The position numbers and the translations under genes were made by a program. The notes beneath the pieces are model-generated. The model saw nothing but the letters and a program-made list of their open reading frames with translations, ran no database searches and was not told the DNA's origin. From a bacterium (GTDB lineage Bacteria; Patescibacteriota; Minisyncoccia; Moranbacterales; UBA2206), in contig JAJYBE010000002.1 in NCBI GenBank assembly GCA_021779205.1, positions 1-36,056 of the forward strand: a DNA stretch of 36,056 nucleotides, in the 5' to 3' direction. Shown piece after piece: positions 1 through 8,411 of the stretch (its first letter is position 1; each line of letters opens with the position of its first letter).

Positions 1-2
1 GT

Positions 3-1841
3 CTTGATTGGCAATCTGTTGGCACAACTGCTTCGAGTTGTACGGCAGGAAGAAAATGCGAATATTATGTATCTGATGGAAAAACTAATCCAACAAAATA
101 TGTTTCACTAACGGGTGATTATGGTCGAGCAACTGCTGATAAAATTGATGTGCACGGAAGATACGCAATCAATATGTACAAGCCTGGTTATCTGCAATAT
201 TTTCGCTTTTTCATACCACCGGGAACCAGAGATATAGATGCCACTATTCTTGAATGGCAAGGTCAAAGTATCGTTGCTCGTCACCAAATTATTCCCACAA
301 ATGATTTTGGGCAATCATCTAAGCAGTCTTATTCTTTATCGGATTATGAATCTGTCGATCAAAGTATTAAGGGCATAGATCCTAGTCAAAATAATGGACG
401 AATACAAATCTTGAAAGATTCATTTGTCTCACCCTATCTTTCAAAAGATCGTGCCGGTTGGTTTTATGTGAAAGTAAATGGAGATCTCGGTTCGTCTTCC
501 TATTATAATTCAGTTTATATTACTGTTGATGCCACTACCTATAATAACTGGTATGATCATTCGGGATCAAATGCGGACGGATCTATTAATTGGGCAAAAG
601 ATGTGGAAAGTGTTGAAACTTATGGTTCAAACACGGCAGGAAGTTCTAGCATCTGTGCTTCTAGCTGTTCGGGTAGTGATCTAACTTGCCAAGCAATACA
701 ACCAACCAATTCAACAAAATCAACATCCGGTTCTTGTTGTGATGGAAAAAGTTGTTATCAATGTCCGTCTGGTTATTTTTGGAATACAACCAGTTGCTCA
801 AAGTTGAGTGATACTTGCGATCTTTCTGCCACGCTTTCAGCCACTCCGGTAAGTGGAAGCTCTCCATTGACGGTTGATGTAAAATCCAACATAAACGCAG
901 CTCACGGACCAATTTATTGTGATAATCAAGATTGCAATGGTGGAACAGTTTCTAATATTGACACCGCGACAACTCATGGGTGTAATTTTACTTGCGCATA
1001 TAATTCCAGTGGCACATATCAACCTACGGTGCATATTGCAAATTCTGCTTGTGCAAAAGATCCAACCGCAATAATTACTGCTTCTTCCGGTACATCTTCT
1101 TCTTGCGCCTCAACCACTTGTCTTGGCAATTCTTGCTGGAACGGTACAGAGTATGTCCAAGGCACCAAAACGGAAGGTTGCGCCACAGGCAGTGCTACCG
1201 TTACTCCCAATCCGTTAATTTTGCCAAACGCAACTGAAAAAATCACTTGGACCACCACTAACGCTTCCAAAGTAGATGCTCAATGTTATGGATTGAAAGA
1301 TGTCGCCAAAGGCGGTTGGTTTATCAATACTGCAGCTTGTCATACTGCTGGATATTGCGATAATGACGGCTATCAATTTAAATTTAATTCAACCACTCAA
1401 ACCGGACAAGAAGTTTGCGTTCTTTTTCCCTACAATAAATCTGATGGAAAATCCGGTACGCCGTTTTTTGCTATAATGAATATTAATGCATCCGCTTCTG
1501 CTAAAACAGATGGACAATGCGGAACGGCCAACAAAACCTATGACGCAACAGCCACAAGTTGGGGGAGCGATACTTTTTGCGCTCAAGGCACTGCCAGTTC
1601 AGCAAGTCCAACTTTCCCCACCGTATCCGCTCCCGCGACCTGGACTTGCCAGGGGACTAATGGTGGGGCGGATATCAATTGTGTTGCTCAAAAACAGATA
1701 AGTGTTAAAACTAGCACCGAATCTCAAAGCCCCAGTTATATTTGCCAACCGGATGATGCCAATTGTCCGGAGACAACTTGTGCCGGAACATATTGCAATA
1801 ATGGCTGTGCGTTAGTCCCGGGAAAAAAGAAATGCAAGTAA
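3..1841 (+). CDS. Large Cys/Ser/Thr-rich surface or secreted protein with a PKD/Ig-like module; 5' end lies outside the window
   Basis: The frame is open from nt 3 (LDWQSVGTTASSCTAGRKCEYY...) into the GTG at 150, so the true start is upstream. Has a PKD-like segment (SATPVSGSSPLTVD...YNSSGTYQPTV) and several Cys-rich modules (e.g. DGQCGTA...FCAQGT...WTCQGTNGGADINC). Confidence 0.75.
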   Translation, partial: LDWQSVGTTASSCTAGRKCEYYVSDGKTNPTKYVSLTGDYGRATADKIDVHGRYAINMYKPGYLQYFRFFIPPGTRDIDATILEWQGQSIVARHQIIPTNDFGQSSKQSYSLSDYESVDQSIKGIDPSQNNGRIQILKDSFVSPYLSKDRAGWFYVKVNGDLGSSSYYNSVYITVDATTYNNWYDHSGSNADGSINWAKDVESVETYGSNTAGSSSICASSCSGSDLTCQAIQPTNSTKSTSGSCCDGKSCYQCPSGYFWNTTSCSKLSDTCDLSATLSATPVSGSSPLTVDVKSNINAAHGPIYCDNQDCNGGTVSNIDTATTHGCNFTCAYNSSGTYQPTVHIANSACAKDPTAIITASSGTSSSCASTTCLGNSCWNGTEYVQGTKTEGCATGSATVTPNPLILPNATEKITWTTTNASKVDAQCYGLKDVAKGGWFINTAACHTAGYCDNDGYQFKFNSTTQTGQEVCVLFPYNKSDGKSGTPFFAIMNINASASAKTDGQCGTANKTYDATATSWGSDTFCAQGTASSASPTFPTVSAPATWTCQGTNGGADINCVAQKQISVKTSTESQSPSYICQPDDANCPETTCAGTYCNNGCALVPGKKKCK

Positions 1842-1866
1842 GAATAATCGGTTTAATTTAAATCGA

Positions 1867-2340
1867 ATGCCTGTTTTTGCTTTTGAAAAATCAATTGGAG
1901 CGGTGATTTTTATCATAGAAAAAGATGTTCCGCTCTTTTTGCTTTTGCATTATCCGGCGGGACATTGGGGTTTTGTGAAAGGGCATATTGAAAAAAAAGA
2001 AACAAATGAAGTGACTTTGCGTAGAGAGGCCGAAGAAGAAACGGGTTTGGTTGATTTAAAGATAATGCCAAATTTTTTGGCAAGCGAGGTATATTATTAT
2101 AAAGCAAGGGGTGAAGAAGAAAGAAAAAGAATCAAGGCCGGAAGAGGAACGAGAATTTTTAAAAGAGTTATCTATTATTTGGCTAAAGTTAATCGGACAA
2201 AAGTCAGATTATCGCATGAGCATCAAGGTTTTGCTTGGCTTGATTATAATCAAGCGCTTGAAAGAGTAAGTAATCAAAATTCCAAAAAAGTATTAGAAAA
2301 GGCACAAAGATTTTTGATTGAATATTTGCCAAAAAAATAA
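1867..2340 (+). CDS. Nudix hydrolase, Ap4A hydrolase (bis(5'-nucleosyl)-tetraphosphatase)-like
   Basis: Nudix box KGHIEKKETNEVTLRREAEEETGL preceded by HWGF; C-terminal LSHEH..F.W motif. Confidence 0.85.
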   Translation: MPVFAFEKSIGAVIFIIEKDVPLFLLLHYPAGHWGFVKGHIEKKETNEVTLRREAEEETGLVDLKIMPNFLASEVYYYKARGEEERKRIKAGRGTRIFKRVIYYLAKVNRTKVRLSHEHQGFAWLDYNQALERVSNQNSKKVLEKAQRFLIEYLPKK

Positions 2341-2360
2341 ATTCAGTTAGAATAAAGATT

Positions 2361-4082
2361 ATGAGTATTGGAAAAAAGCTTAGACTAAAATTTATAGCGG
2401 TAGTTATTTTTGCCGTTTTGGTCGGATTGATTGCTTATCCGAAGGCGGTAATAAAAATACCGAAGCTTTTTAATGCTTTAAATAAGCCAAAAATTAACCT
2501 TGGTTTGGATTTGCAAGGAGGGATTCATCTTGAATATAAGGCTGATGTAAGCCAAATTGATAATTCAAAGGTTGCTGAAGCAATGCAGGCGGTGCAGGAT
2601 GTAATTGAGAGAAGAGTAAATGCTTTTGGTGTCGCCGAGCCGGTGGTATACACAACAAAATCAGGCAGGGAACAGCGCTTAGTTGTTGAATTAGCCGGGA
2701 TAAAAGATATAAATCAAGCGAAAAATTTAATTAGCGCAACGCCGCTTTTGGAATTTAAGACCGAAAAAACAGATGTTGGCGAGCAAATTCCCCAAGATGT
2801 GCTTGATAAGACAAATGAGGAAAATAAAGCTAAGGCGCAAGGCTTGCTTGACCAAATTAAAAATGGCGCTGATTTTGCAATATTGGCCAAAGAGAATAGT
2901 CAGGATCCGGGATCAAAAGATAGCGGTGGCGATCTGGGTTTTGTTAAAAAAGGAACATTTGTTCCTGAATTTGATAAAGTGCTTTTCGATGGAAATCTAA
3001 AGGATGGAGCTGTTTATCCCGATTTAGTGGAAACTCAATTTGGCTGGCATATTATAAAAAAAATAGAACAACGAGGCAGCGGGGATAATTTAGAAGTTCA
3101 TAGCGCACACATTTTAATTTCCAAGGCTACTCAGCCGGTACCAAAAACGACTTGGGTATTGACTGGTCTTTCGGGGAAAAATCTTAAAAGTGCCAGTGTT
3201 CAATTTAAAACTCAAGGGTTATCCGAGCCGGAAGTGGCGCTTAAATTTGATGATGCCGGCACTAAGCTTTTTGCTGACATAACTAAAAATAATATTGGTA
3301 AAAGAGTGGCAATTTTTTTGGATGGTTCAATCATTACTGCTCCGACAGTGCAGTCAGAAGTTTCCAACGGGGAAGCGGTGATAACCGGAAATTACACGCT
3401 TGATGAAGCGAAAAATTTGGTTAAAAGATTAAATGAAGGCGCTTTGCCCGTTCCGATAAGCTTGGTTGGACAACAATCAGTTGAGGCGACATTGGGGCAA
3501 TCTTCTTTGGAGAAAAGTTTGAGAGCGGGAGTAATCGGCTTAGCTTTAGTAATAATTTTTATGCTTTTTTATTACCGATTTTTAGGTTTAATCGCCTCTT
3601 TTGCTTTGCTTATTTATTCTGCATTAATGATTTCCATTTTTAAATTATCAGGATTCACTCCATGGCAAATTACACTGACACTTCCTGGTATTGCCGGATT
3701 TGTGTTGTCAATCGGAATGGCCGTGGATGCGAATATTTTAATTTTCGAAAGAACGAAAGAAGAAATATGCAAGGGACGCAACATTTTGAGTGCAATCGAG
3801 GAGGGCTTTAAAAGAGCATGGACATCAATTCGCGATGGAAATGTCTCCTCGATTATAACCGCGTTTATTTTAATGGAAATGGGCACGGGATTTGTCAAGG
3901 GTTTTGCTGTAACATTGATTATTGGAGTTTTAATGTCAATGTTTACCGCAGTCATTATCACTCGAACTATTTTGCGTTTTGTTCTGGGAGGTTGGATTGA
4001 AAATAAGTTGTGGTTAGTTGGCGCAAAGAAAGATGAAAATAACGAAATTCTTAAGAAAAATAATATTAAAAATAAGAATTGA
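2361..4082 (+). CDS. secD: Protein translocase subunit SecD with an inserted parvulin-type PPIase domain
   Basis: Motifs LGLDLQGG, IERRVNAFGVAEP, GALPVP, GMAVDANILIFER, IRDGN, KGFAVTL; insert contains SQDPGS..GGDLG and ETQFGWHII. Confidence 0.95.
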   Translation: MSIGKKLRLKFIAVVIFAVLVGLIAYPKAVIKIPKLFNALNKPKINLGLDLQGGIHLEYKADVSQIDNSKVAEAMQAVQDVIERRVNAFGVAEPVVYTTKSGREQRLVVELAGIKDINQAKNLISATPLLEFKTEKTDVGEQIPQDVLDKTNEENKAKAQGLLDQIKNGADFAILAKENSQDPGSKDSGGDLGFVKKGTFVPEFDKVLFDGNLKDGAVYPDLVETQFGWHIIKKIEQRGSGDNLEVHSAHILISKATQPVPKTTWVLTGLSGKNLKSASVQFKTQGLSEPEVALKFDDAGTKLFADITKNNIGKRVAIFLDGSIITAPTVQSEVSNGEAVITGNYTLDEAKNLVKRLNEGALPVPISLVGQQSVEATLGQSSLEKSLRAGVIGLALVIIFMLFYYRFLGLIASFALLIYSALMISIFKLSGFTPWQITLTLPGIAGFVLSIGMAVDANILIFERTKEEICKGRNILSAIEEGFKRAWTSIRDGNVSSIITAFILMEMGTGFVKGFAVTLIIGVLMSMFTAVIITRTILRFVLGGWIENKLWLVGAKKDENNEILKKNNIKNKN

Positions 4083-4091
4083 TTTTTTTAT

Positions 4092-5000
4092 ATGTCTAAT
4101 TTCAATATAATAGCCAAAACAAAATATGCTTATATTTTTTCCGGAGTATTGACTATTCTGAGTATTTTAGCGCTTTTTGTCTGGGGATTAAAATTCGGAA
4201 TTGATTTTACCGGAGGGACGCTTATGGAATTTAAGTTTGAAAAAAATATTCCGGCAAATCAAGAAATTGAAAATACGCTTAAAAATTTAAATTTAAAAAG
4301 TCTTACGCTTCAACAAACCGGCAGTGGTTCGGTATTGATTCGATATGCCTCTGAAGATGACAAAATCAATCAAGATGTGATAAAAGAAATCAGCGAAAAA
4401 TATACTGATGCAAAAAATCTTAGAACCGACTATGCTAATGCTTCAGTTTCTAGTGAATTAAAATCAAAATCGCTTTTGGCAATTTTTTGGGCAGTAGTTG
4501 GGATAATGACTTATATTGCAATTGTTTTTCGTCGAGTTTCCTATCCGGTGGCTTCTTGGAAATATGGCGCCGGAGCGGTGATTGCCTTAATTCATGATAT
4601 TTTGATTACTGTGGGAATTTTTTCCGTTTTAGGGCATTTTTTTGATATAGAAGTGGGCATTCCTTTTATTGCCGCATTGCTTACTATTTTAGGATTTTCG
4701 GTGCATGACACTATTGTGGTTTATGATCGAACGCGAGAAAATTTGCAACGCAATTCATCTGATAAAGGACAATTTCCTGAAATTGTTAATCGTAGTTTAA
4801 ATGAAACATTAATTCGCTCTATTAACACTTCATTTACGGTAATAATGACATTGCTTGCCATTTATATTTTTGGAGGCGATTCAATTAAATATTTTGCTTT
4901 GGCACTTTTGATTGGGGTGACTTTTGGAACATATTCATCGATTTTTATCGCTTCGGCGCTATTGGTAACAAGTTATAATTTACAAATTAAAAAGAAATAA
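4092..5000 (+). CDS. secF: Protein translocase subunit SecF
   Basis: Motifs GIDFTGGT, LIHD, GFSVHDTIVVYDRTRE, RSINTS, GTYSSIFIA; directly follows secD. Confidence 0.95.
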   Translation: MSNFNIIAKTKYAYIFSGVLTILSILALFVWGLKFGIDFTGGTLMEFKFEKNIPANQEIENTLKNLNLKSLTLQQTGSGSVLIRYASEDDKINQDVIKEISEKYTDAKNLRTDYANASVSSELKSKSLLAIFWAVVGIMTYIAIVFRRVSYPVASWKYGAGAVIALIHDILITVGIFSVLGHFFDIEVGIPFIAALLTILGFSVHDTIVVYDRTRENLQRNSSDKGQFPEIVNRSLNETLIRSINTSFTVIMTLLAIYIFGGDSIKYFALALLIGVTFGTYSSIFIASALLVTSYNLQIKKK

Positions 5001-5004
5001 ATCT

Positions 5005-5337
5005 ATGTGGAATCCATTTGGAAAAAAAAAGAATCAAACTAATGTCTCACAAAATAATAGCGATGTGGATAATGACAAAAAAGACAATCCGCAAGCCGAT
5101 TCTTTGAAAATGAATATGCTTCAAAGATTGGCAATGAAAAAAATGGAAAAAATGAGCTCACAAGAAAAAGCCAAGTTAATGCAAGAGGTATTTAAGCCTG
5201 AAAACAGAAATAGTCTTTTGGCTGCAATGGAAATGATGCGAAAAAGCGGTCAAATTTCAGAAGAGCAATATCAAGCAGCCAAGCAAAATGGGAGTATGAT
5301 CATTGCGGCGCGTAAAAAGCATTATAAATCCAATTGA
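5005..5337 (+). CDS. Small Met-rich hypothetical protein with a SHOCT-like C-terminal motif
   Basis: In the secDF transcription unit; MEMMRKSGQISEEQYQAAK resembles the SHOCT consensus. Confidence 0.6.
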   Translation: MWNPFGKKKNQTNVSQNNSDVDNDKKDNPQADSLKMNMLQRLAMKKMEKMSSQEKAKLMQEVFKPENRNSLLAAMEMMRKSGQISEEQYQAAKQNGSMIIAARKKHYKSN

Positions 5338-5361
5338 CTGGCGAAATTGGGCAATAAAGAT

Positions 5362-6069
5362 ATGTTAAAAAAAGAACATAGAAAAAAGATTATTTTTTCT
5401 GCTGATGATTTTGGAGTAAACGAGTTGGCCAATGCTAATATTTTAAAGTTGGCGCAAGCCGGAAAATTAGATCGAGTGGAAATTATGATCAACAACCGTC
5501 TTCGAAAAGAGGATGCATTAAATTTGGCAAAGACAGGCGTCAAACTGGATATTCATTTGCATCTTATAGGATATGATTCTAATTATTGGCAGGGCGAGCG
5601 TAATCTAGAAAGAGGAATGGTGGAAAGAATCTGTCTTTTTGTTTGGAATTGCACTTTTGGAGAAAATAATCCACGAAAAGTGGTCTTAAAATGGGAAAAT
5701 CAAATTGAGAAGTTCAGAGAAATTTTTGGTCGGTATCCTGATGGGATCGGTTCTCATGAGCATATTCATTATTTTCCTTTTTATTTTAATATATTGCTTG
5801 GTTTAAGCGCGAAATATGAAATTTTTTATGTTCGTTTTGGAAGGCGCAATTTTAGAGGCACTTGTTTAATTGGAAAAATTTTAAATGGACTTAGGGTTAT
5901 TGATCAATGGCTGTTTAAAAAAACTAACTTTGAAACATCTGATTTTATGTTAAGTTTTGATTGGTTTACTGACTTGGATTTTTTAAGTGAAATTTCCGAG
6001 GGCAAAAATGCCGAGGTTGTTTTTCATCCGGAAAGAGTCGAAGAATTTTCTTTTTTAGAAAAAATGTAG
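5362..6069 (+). CDS. YdjC/ChbG/HpnK-family carbohydrate deacetylase
   Basis: Motifs IFSADDFG, HLHL, DGIGSHEHIH, EVVFHP. ATG at 5362 preferred over TTG at 5347. Confidence 0.8.
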   Translation: MLKKEHRKKIIFSADDFGVNELANANILKLAQAGKLDRVEIMINNRLRKEDALNLAKTGVKLDIHLHLIGYDSNYWQGERNLERGMVERICLFVWNCTFGENNPRKVVLKWENQIEKFREIFGRYPDGIGSHEHIHYFPFYFNILLGLSAKYEIFYVRFGRRNFRGTCLIGKILNGLRVIDQWLFKKTNFETSDFMLSFDWFTDLDFLSEISEGKNAEVVFHPERVEEFSFLEKM

Positions 6070-6102
6070 AAAGTTGTTTTTTGGCTAAAAAAAGCAAAAA
6101 AA

Positions 6103-6131
6103 TTGACAAGACTTGATCAAAAAGCTAAGAT
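6103..6131 (+). promoter_or_regulatory. Sigma70-type promoter for yidD-obgE
   Basis: TTGACA (6103-6108), 17-nt spacer, TAAGAT (6126-6131). Confidence 0.65.
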
Positions 6132-6138
6132 GGAATGG

Positions 6139-6378
6139 ATGAAAAGAATTGTTTTAATTCTCATCAAGTTATACCAAAAAACGCTTTCCCTTGATCAGGG
6201 GCTGTTTTCTTTTTTTATATCGGAGCGCATATGTCGGTTTCATCCACTATGCAGTCAATATACTTATGAAGCAATTGATCGATTTGGTGTTTTAAGGGGT
6301 GGGTGGCTGGGATTGAAAAGAGTCTCGCGTTGTCATCCATGGAGTGATGGCGGTTACGATCCTGTTCCAAAAAAATAA
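6139..6378 (+). CDS. yidD: Membrane protein insertion efficiency factor YidD
   Basis: [41 protein letters not shown]. The track's TTG start is the -35 box, so ATG 6139 is preferred. Confidence 0.9.
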   Translation: MKRIVLILIKLYQKTLSLDQGLFSFFISERICRFHPLCSQYTYEAIDRFGVLRGGWLGLKRVSRCHPWSDGGYDPVPKK

Positions 6379-6398
6379 TTGGTTAATAAATTAAAATT

Positions 6399-7364
6399 GT
6401 GTTTACCGATGAAGTTAGAATAAAGGTTATTGCCGGTCGCGGAGGCGATGGAGTGGTAGCTTTTAATAAAATTAAAATGAGCCTTGGTCCGACGGGCGGA
6501 AAGGGCGGTAATGGTGGAAGTGTTTATTTTGAGGGCGTATCCAATTTATCGGCATTGAATAAGTATAAGCATAAAAAGGAGTACTGTGCGGAAAATGGAC
6601 AGAACGGAAAAAAAGACAACTCTGAAGGCAAAGGTGGAAAAGATTTAGTACTAACTGTTCCGATTGGTAGTGTTTTGCATAATACACAAACAAGGGAAGA
6701 AATTGATATTACGCAGGTTGGCCAAAAAATACTTGTGGCAAAAGGTGGCATTGGCGGTCGAGGAAATTTCAGTTTTCGTTCTCCAATCAATACTTCGCCC
6801 AAAGAGAGAGAGCTGGGAAAGCCGGGAACGGAGTTTGATTTTTATATCGAATTAAGATTTATTGCCGACATTGGCTTAGTCGGCTTGCCTAATGCGGGAA
6901 AATCATCTTTGCTTAATGAACTTACGAAGGCCGATGCTAAAGTGGGAAACTATAATTTTACCACTTTGGAGCCTAATTTGGGTGTAATGGACCGGTTTAT
7001 TTTAGCCGATATTCCCGGGTTGATTGAAGGTGCTTCGCTGGGGAAGGGTTTGGGAATAAAATTCTTGCGCCACATTCAAAGAACAAAAATTTTAGCACAT
7101 TGCATCAGTCTCGAAACAAATGACTTGCTTGGCGATTATGAAATTATTAAAAAAGAATTACAAAATTATGATCAAAAATTAGCAGAAAAGAAAGAAATAA
7201 TTTTGCTTACAAAATCGGATATGCTTGATGAAAAATCAGTCAAAAAAAAGATCAAACAAATAAAAAAAGAAAAAGGCGATTTGGAAATATGCGCTGTGTC
7301 TGTTTATGATCAGGATAGCTTGGAATGTTTGAGAAAAAAATTTTTAACAATGCTAATAAAATAA
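6399..7364 (+). CDS. obgE: GTPase ObgE/CgtA, short form without the C-terminal domain
   Basis: Gly-rich Obg fold (GRGGDG, GGKGGNGG); G1 GLPNAGKS, G2 FTT, G3 DIPG, G4 TKSD; GTG start. Confidence 0.93.
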   Translation: MFTDEVRIKVIAGRGGDGVVAFNKIKMSLGPTGGKGGNGGSVYFEGVSNLSALNKYKHKKEYCAENGQNGKKDNSEGKGGKDLVLTVPIGSVLHNTQTREEIDITQVGQKILVAKGGIGGRGNFSFRSPINTSPKERELGKPGTEFDFYIELRFIADIGLVGLPNAGKSSLLNELTKADAKVGNYNFTTLEPNLGVMDRFILADIPGLIEGASLGKGLGIKFLRHIQRTKILAHCISLETNDLLGDYEIIKKELQNYDQKLAEKKEIILLTKSDMLDEKSVKKKIKQIKKEKGDLEICAVSVYDQDSLECLRKKFLTMLIK

Positions 7365-7367
7365 TTT

Positions 7368-8099
7368 ATGTATTGGATTTTTTCCATTTTATTTTTATTT
7401 GCGGTTATGATTCCGGATATTATTCGCGGACCGGTTTATTTTCTCAAAGAAGAGCGGGCAGAAGAAGTGATGATTTTTATTTTAGGTTCAATCGCTTTTC
7501 TGACTTTTATTCGCAATGAACGGCGCGTTGTGGCTCAAAAACAAGAAAAAGAAAATGCACAAAAGAGAATTGATCAAACAGTCAAAGATTTAGTGGATTC
7601 CTATAGCTATATCGGAGAAGTGAATCGCAAGATGGATATTTTAATGGAGGTGGCGCTGGGGTTGACGGATCGTTCATTATTGGATGCAAAAAAAGAAAAA
7701 GAAGTTTATGAATCAATTGTAAATGCTGCTAATTTTCTTTTGAAAGCTAATTCAACAATATTGCGTTTTGTTAATCTGGAAACAAAAAAAACCGAGCAAG
7801 AGTTTAAGGTTTTGGAAAATGTAAAGACGCATATCTCAAATAAAGACTTGATAGAAATGCCTGAAAATGTTAATATAAAAAAGCAAAAAAAATGTTTGAT
7901 TGTATCTTCTCCACAAAAAATCAATCAAATAAGAAGTTATTTTGTGATTGATGGTTATGATGAAAAAGAGGAGAAAAAACCAAAGAATTTGGAGATTTTG
8001 AAATTATTTGTTTCTCAAGCTATATTTTTATATGCATATGTGAAAAAAAACGAGATTGCTGATTGCGATTGTGCGAAAAGTGAAAATGTTAATAATTAA
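7368..8099 (+). CDS. Hypothetical membrane protein: two N-terminal TM helices, coiled coil, possible GAF-like domain
   Basis: Hydrophobic segments at about aa 1-17 and 32-48, a charged helical stretch, then an alpha/beta region ending LEILKLFVSQA. Confidence 0.6.
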   Translation: MYWIFSILFLFAVMIPDIIRGPVYFLKEERAEEVMIFILGSIAFLTFIRNERRVVAQKQEKENAQKRIDQTVKDLVDSYSYIGEVNRKMDILMEVALGLTDRSLLDAKKEKEVYESIVNAANFLLKANSTILRFVNLETKKTEQEFKVLENVKTHISNKDLIEMPENVNIKKQKKCLIVSSPQKINQIRSYFVIDGYDEKEEKKPKNLEILKLFVSQAIFLYAYVKKNEIADCDCAKSENVNN

Positions 8100-8114
8100 T
8101 TTTTTTATAAATAT

Positions 8115-8390
8115 ATGGAAAAAGAAAAAATTAAACCACTAGGTGAAAATTTATTAGTAAAATTAGCTAAGGCGGATAAAAAAACAAAATCAGGTATTTT
8201 TTTGCCTGACACGGCCAATGCCGATCGACCGCAAGAAGGATTGGTTATTGCAATTGGAGAGAGTGACAAAATTAAAGTTAAAAAGAATCAAACCGTGCTT
8301 TTTGCAAAATATTCCGGAACGGAAATTAAAATAAATGGAGATGACTTTTTGATTCTTAAAGCGGAAGATATTTTGGCAATAATTGAATAA
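8115..8390 (+). CDS. groES: Co-chaperonin GroES
   Basis: IKPLG, KTKSGIFLPD, PQEG.VIAIG, VLFAKYSGTEIK, EDILAII. Confidence 0.95.
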   Translation: MEKEKIKPLGENLLVKLAKADKKTKSGIFLPDTANADRPQEGLVIAIGESDKIKVKKNQTVLFAKYSGTEIKINGDDFLILKAEDILAIIE

Positions 8391-8411
8391 TCGATTGATT
8401 AAAAAAACAAT

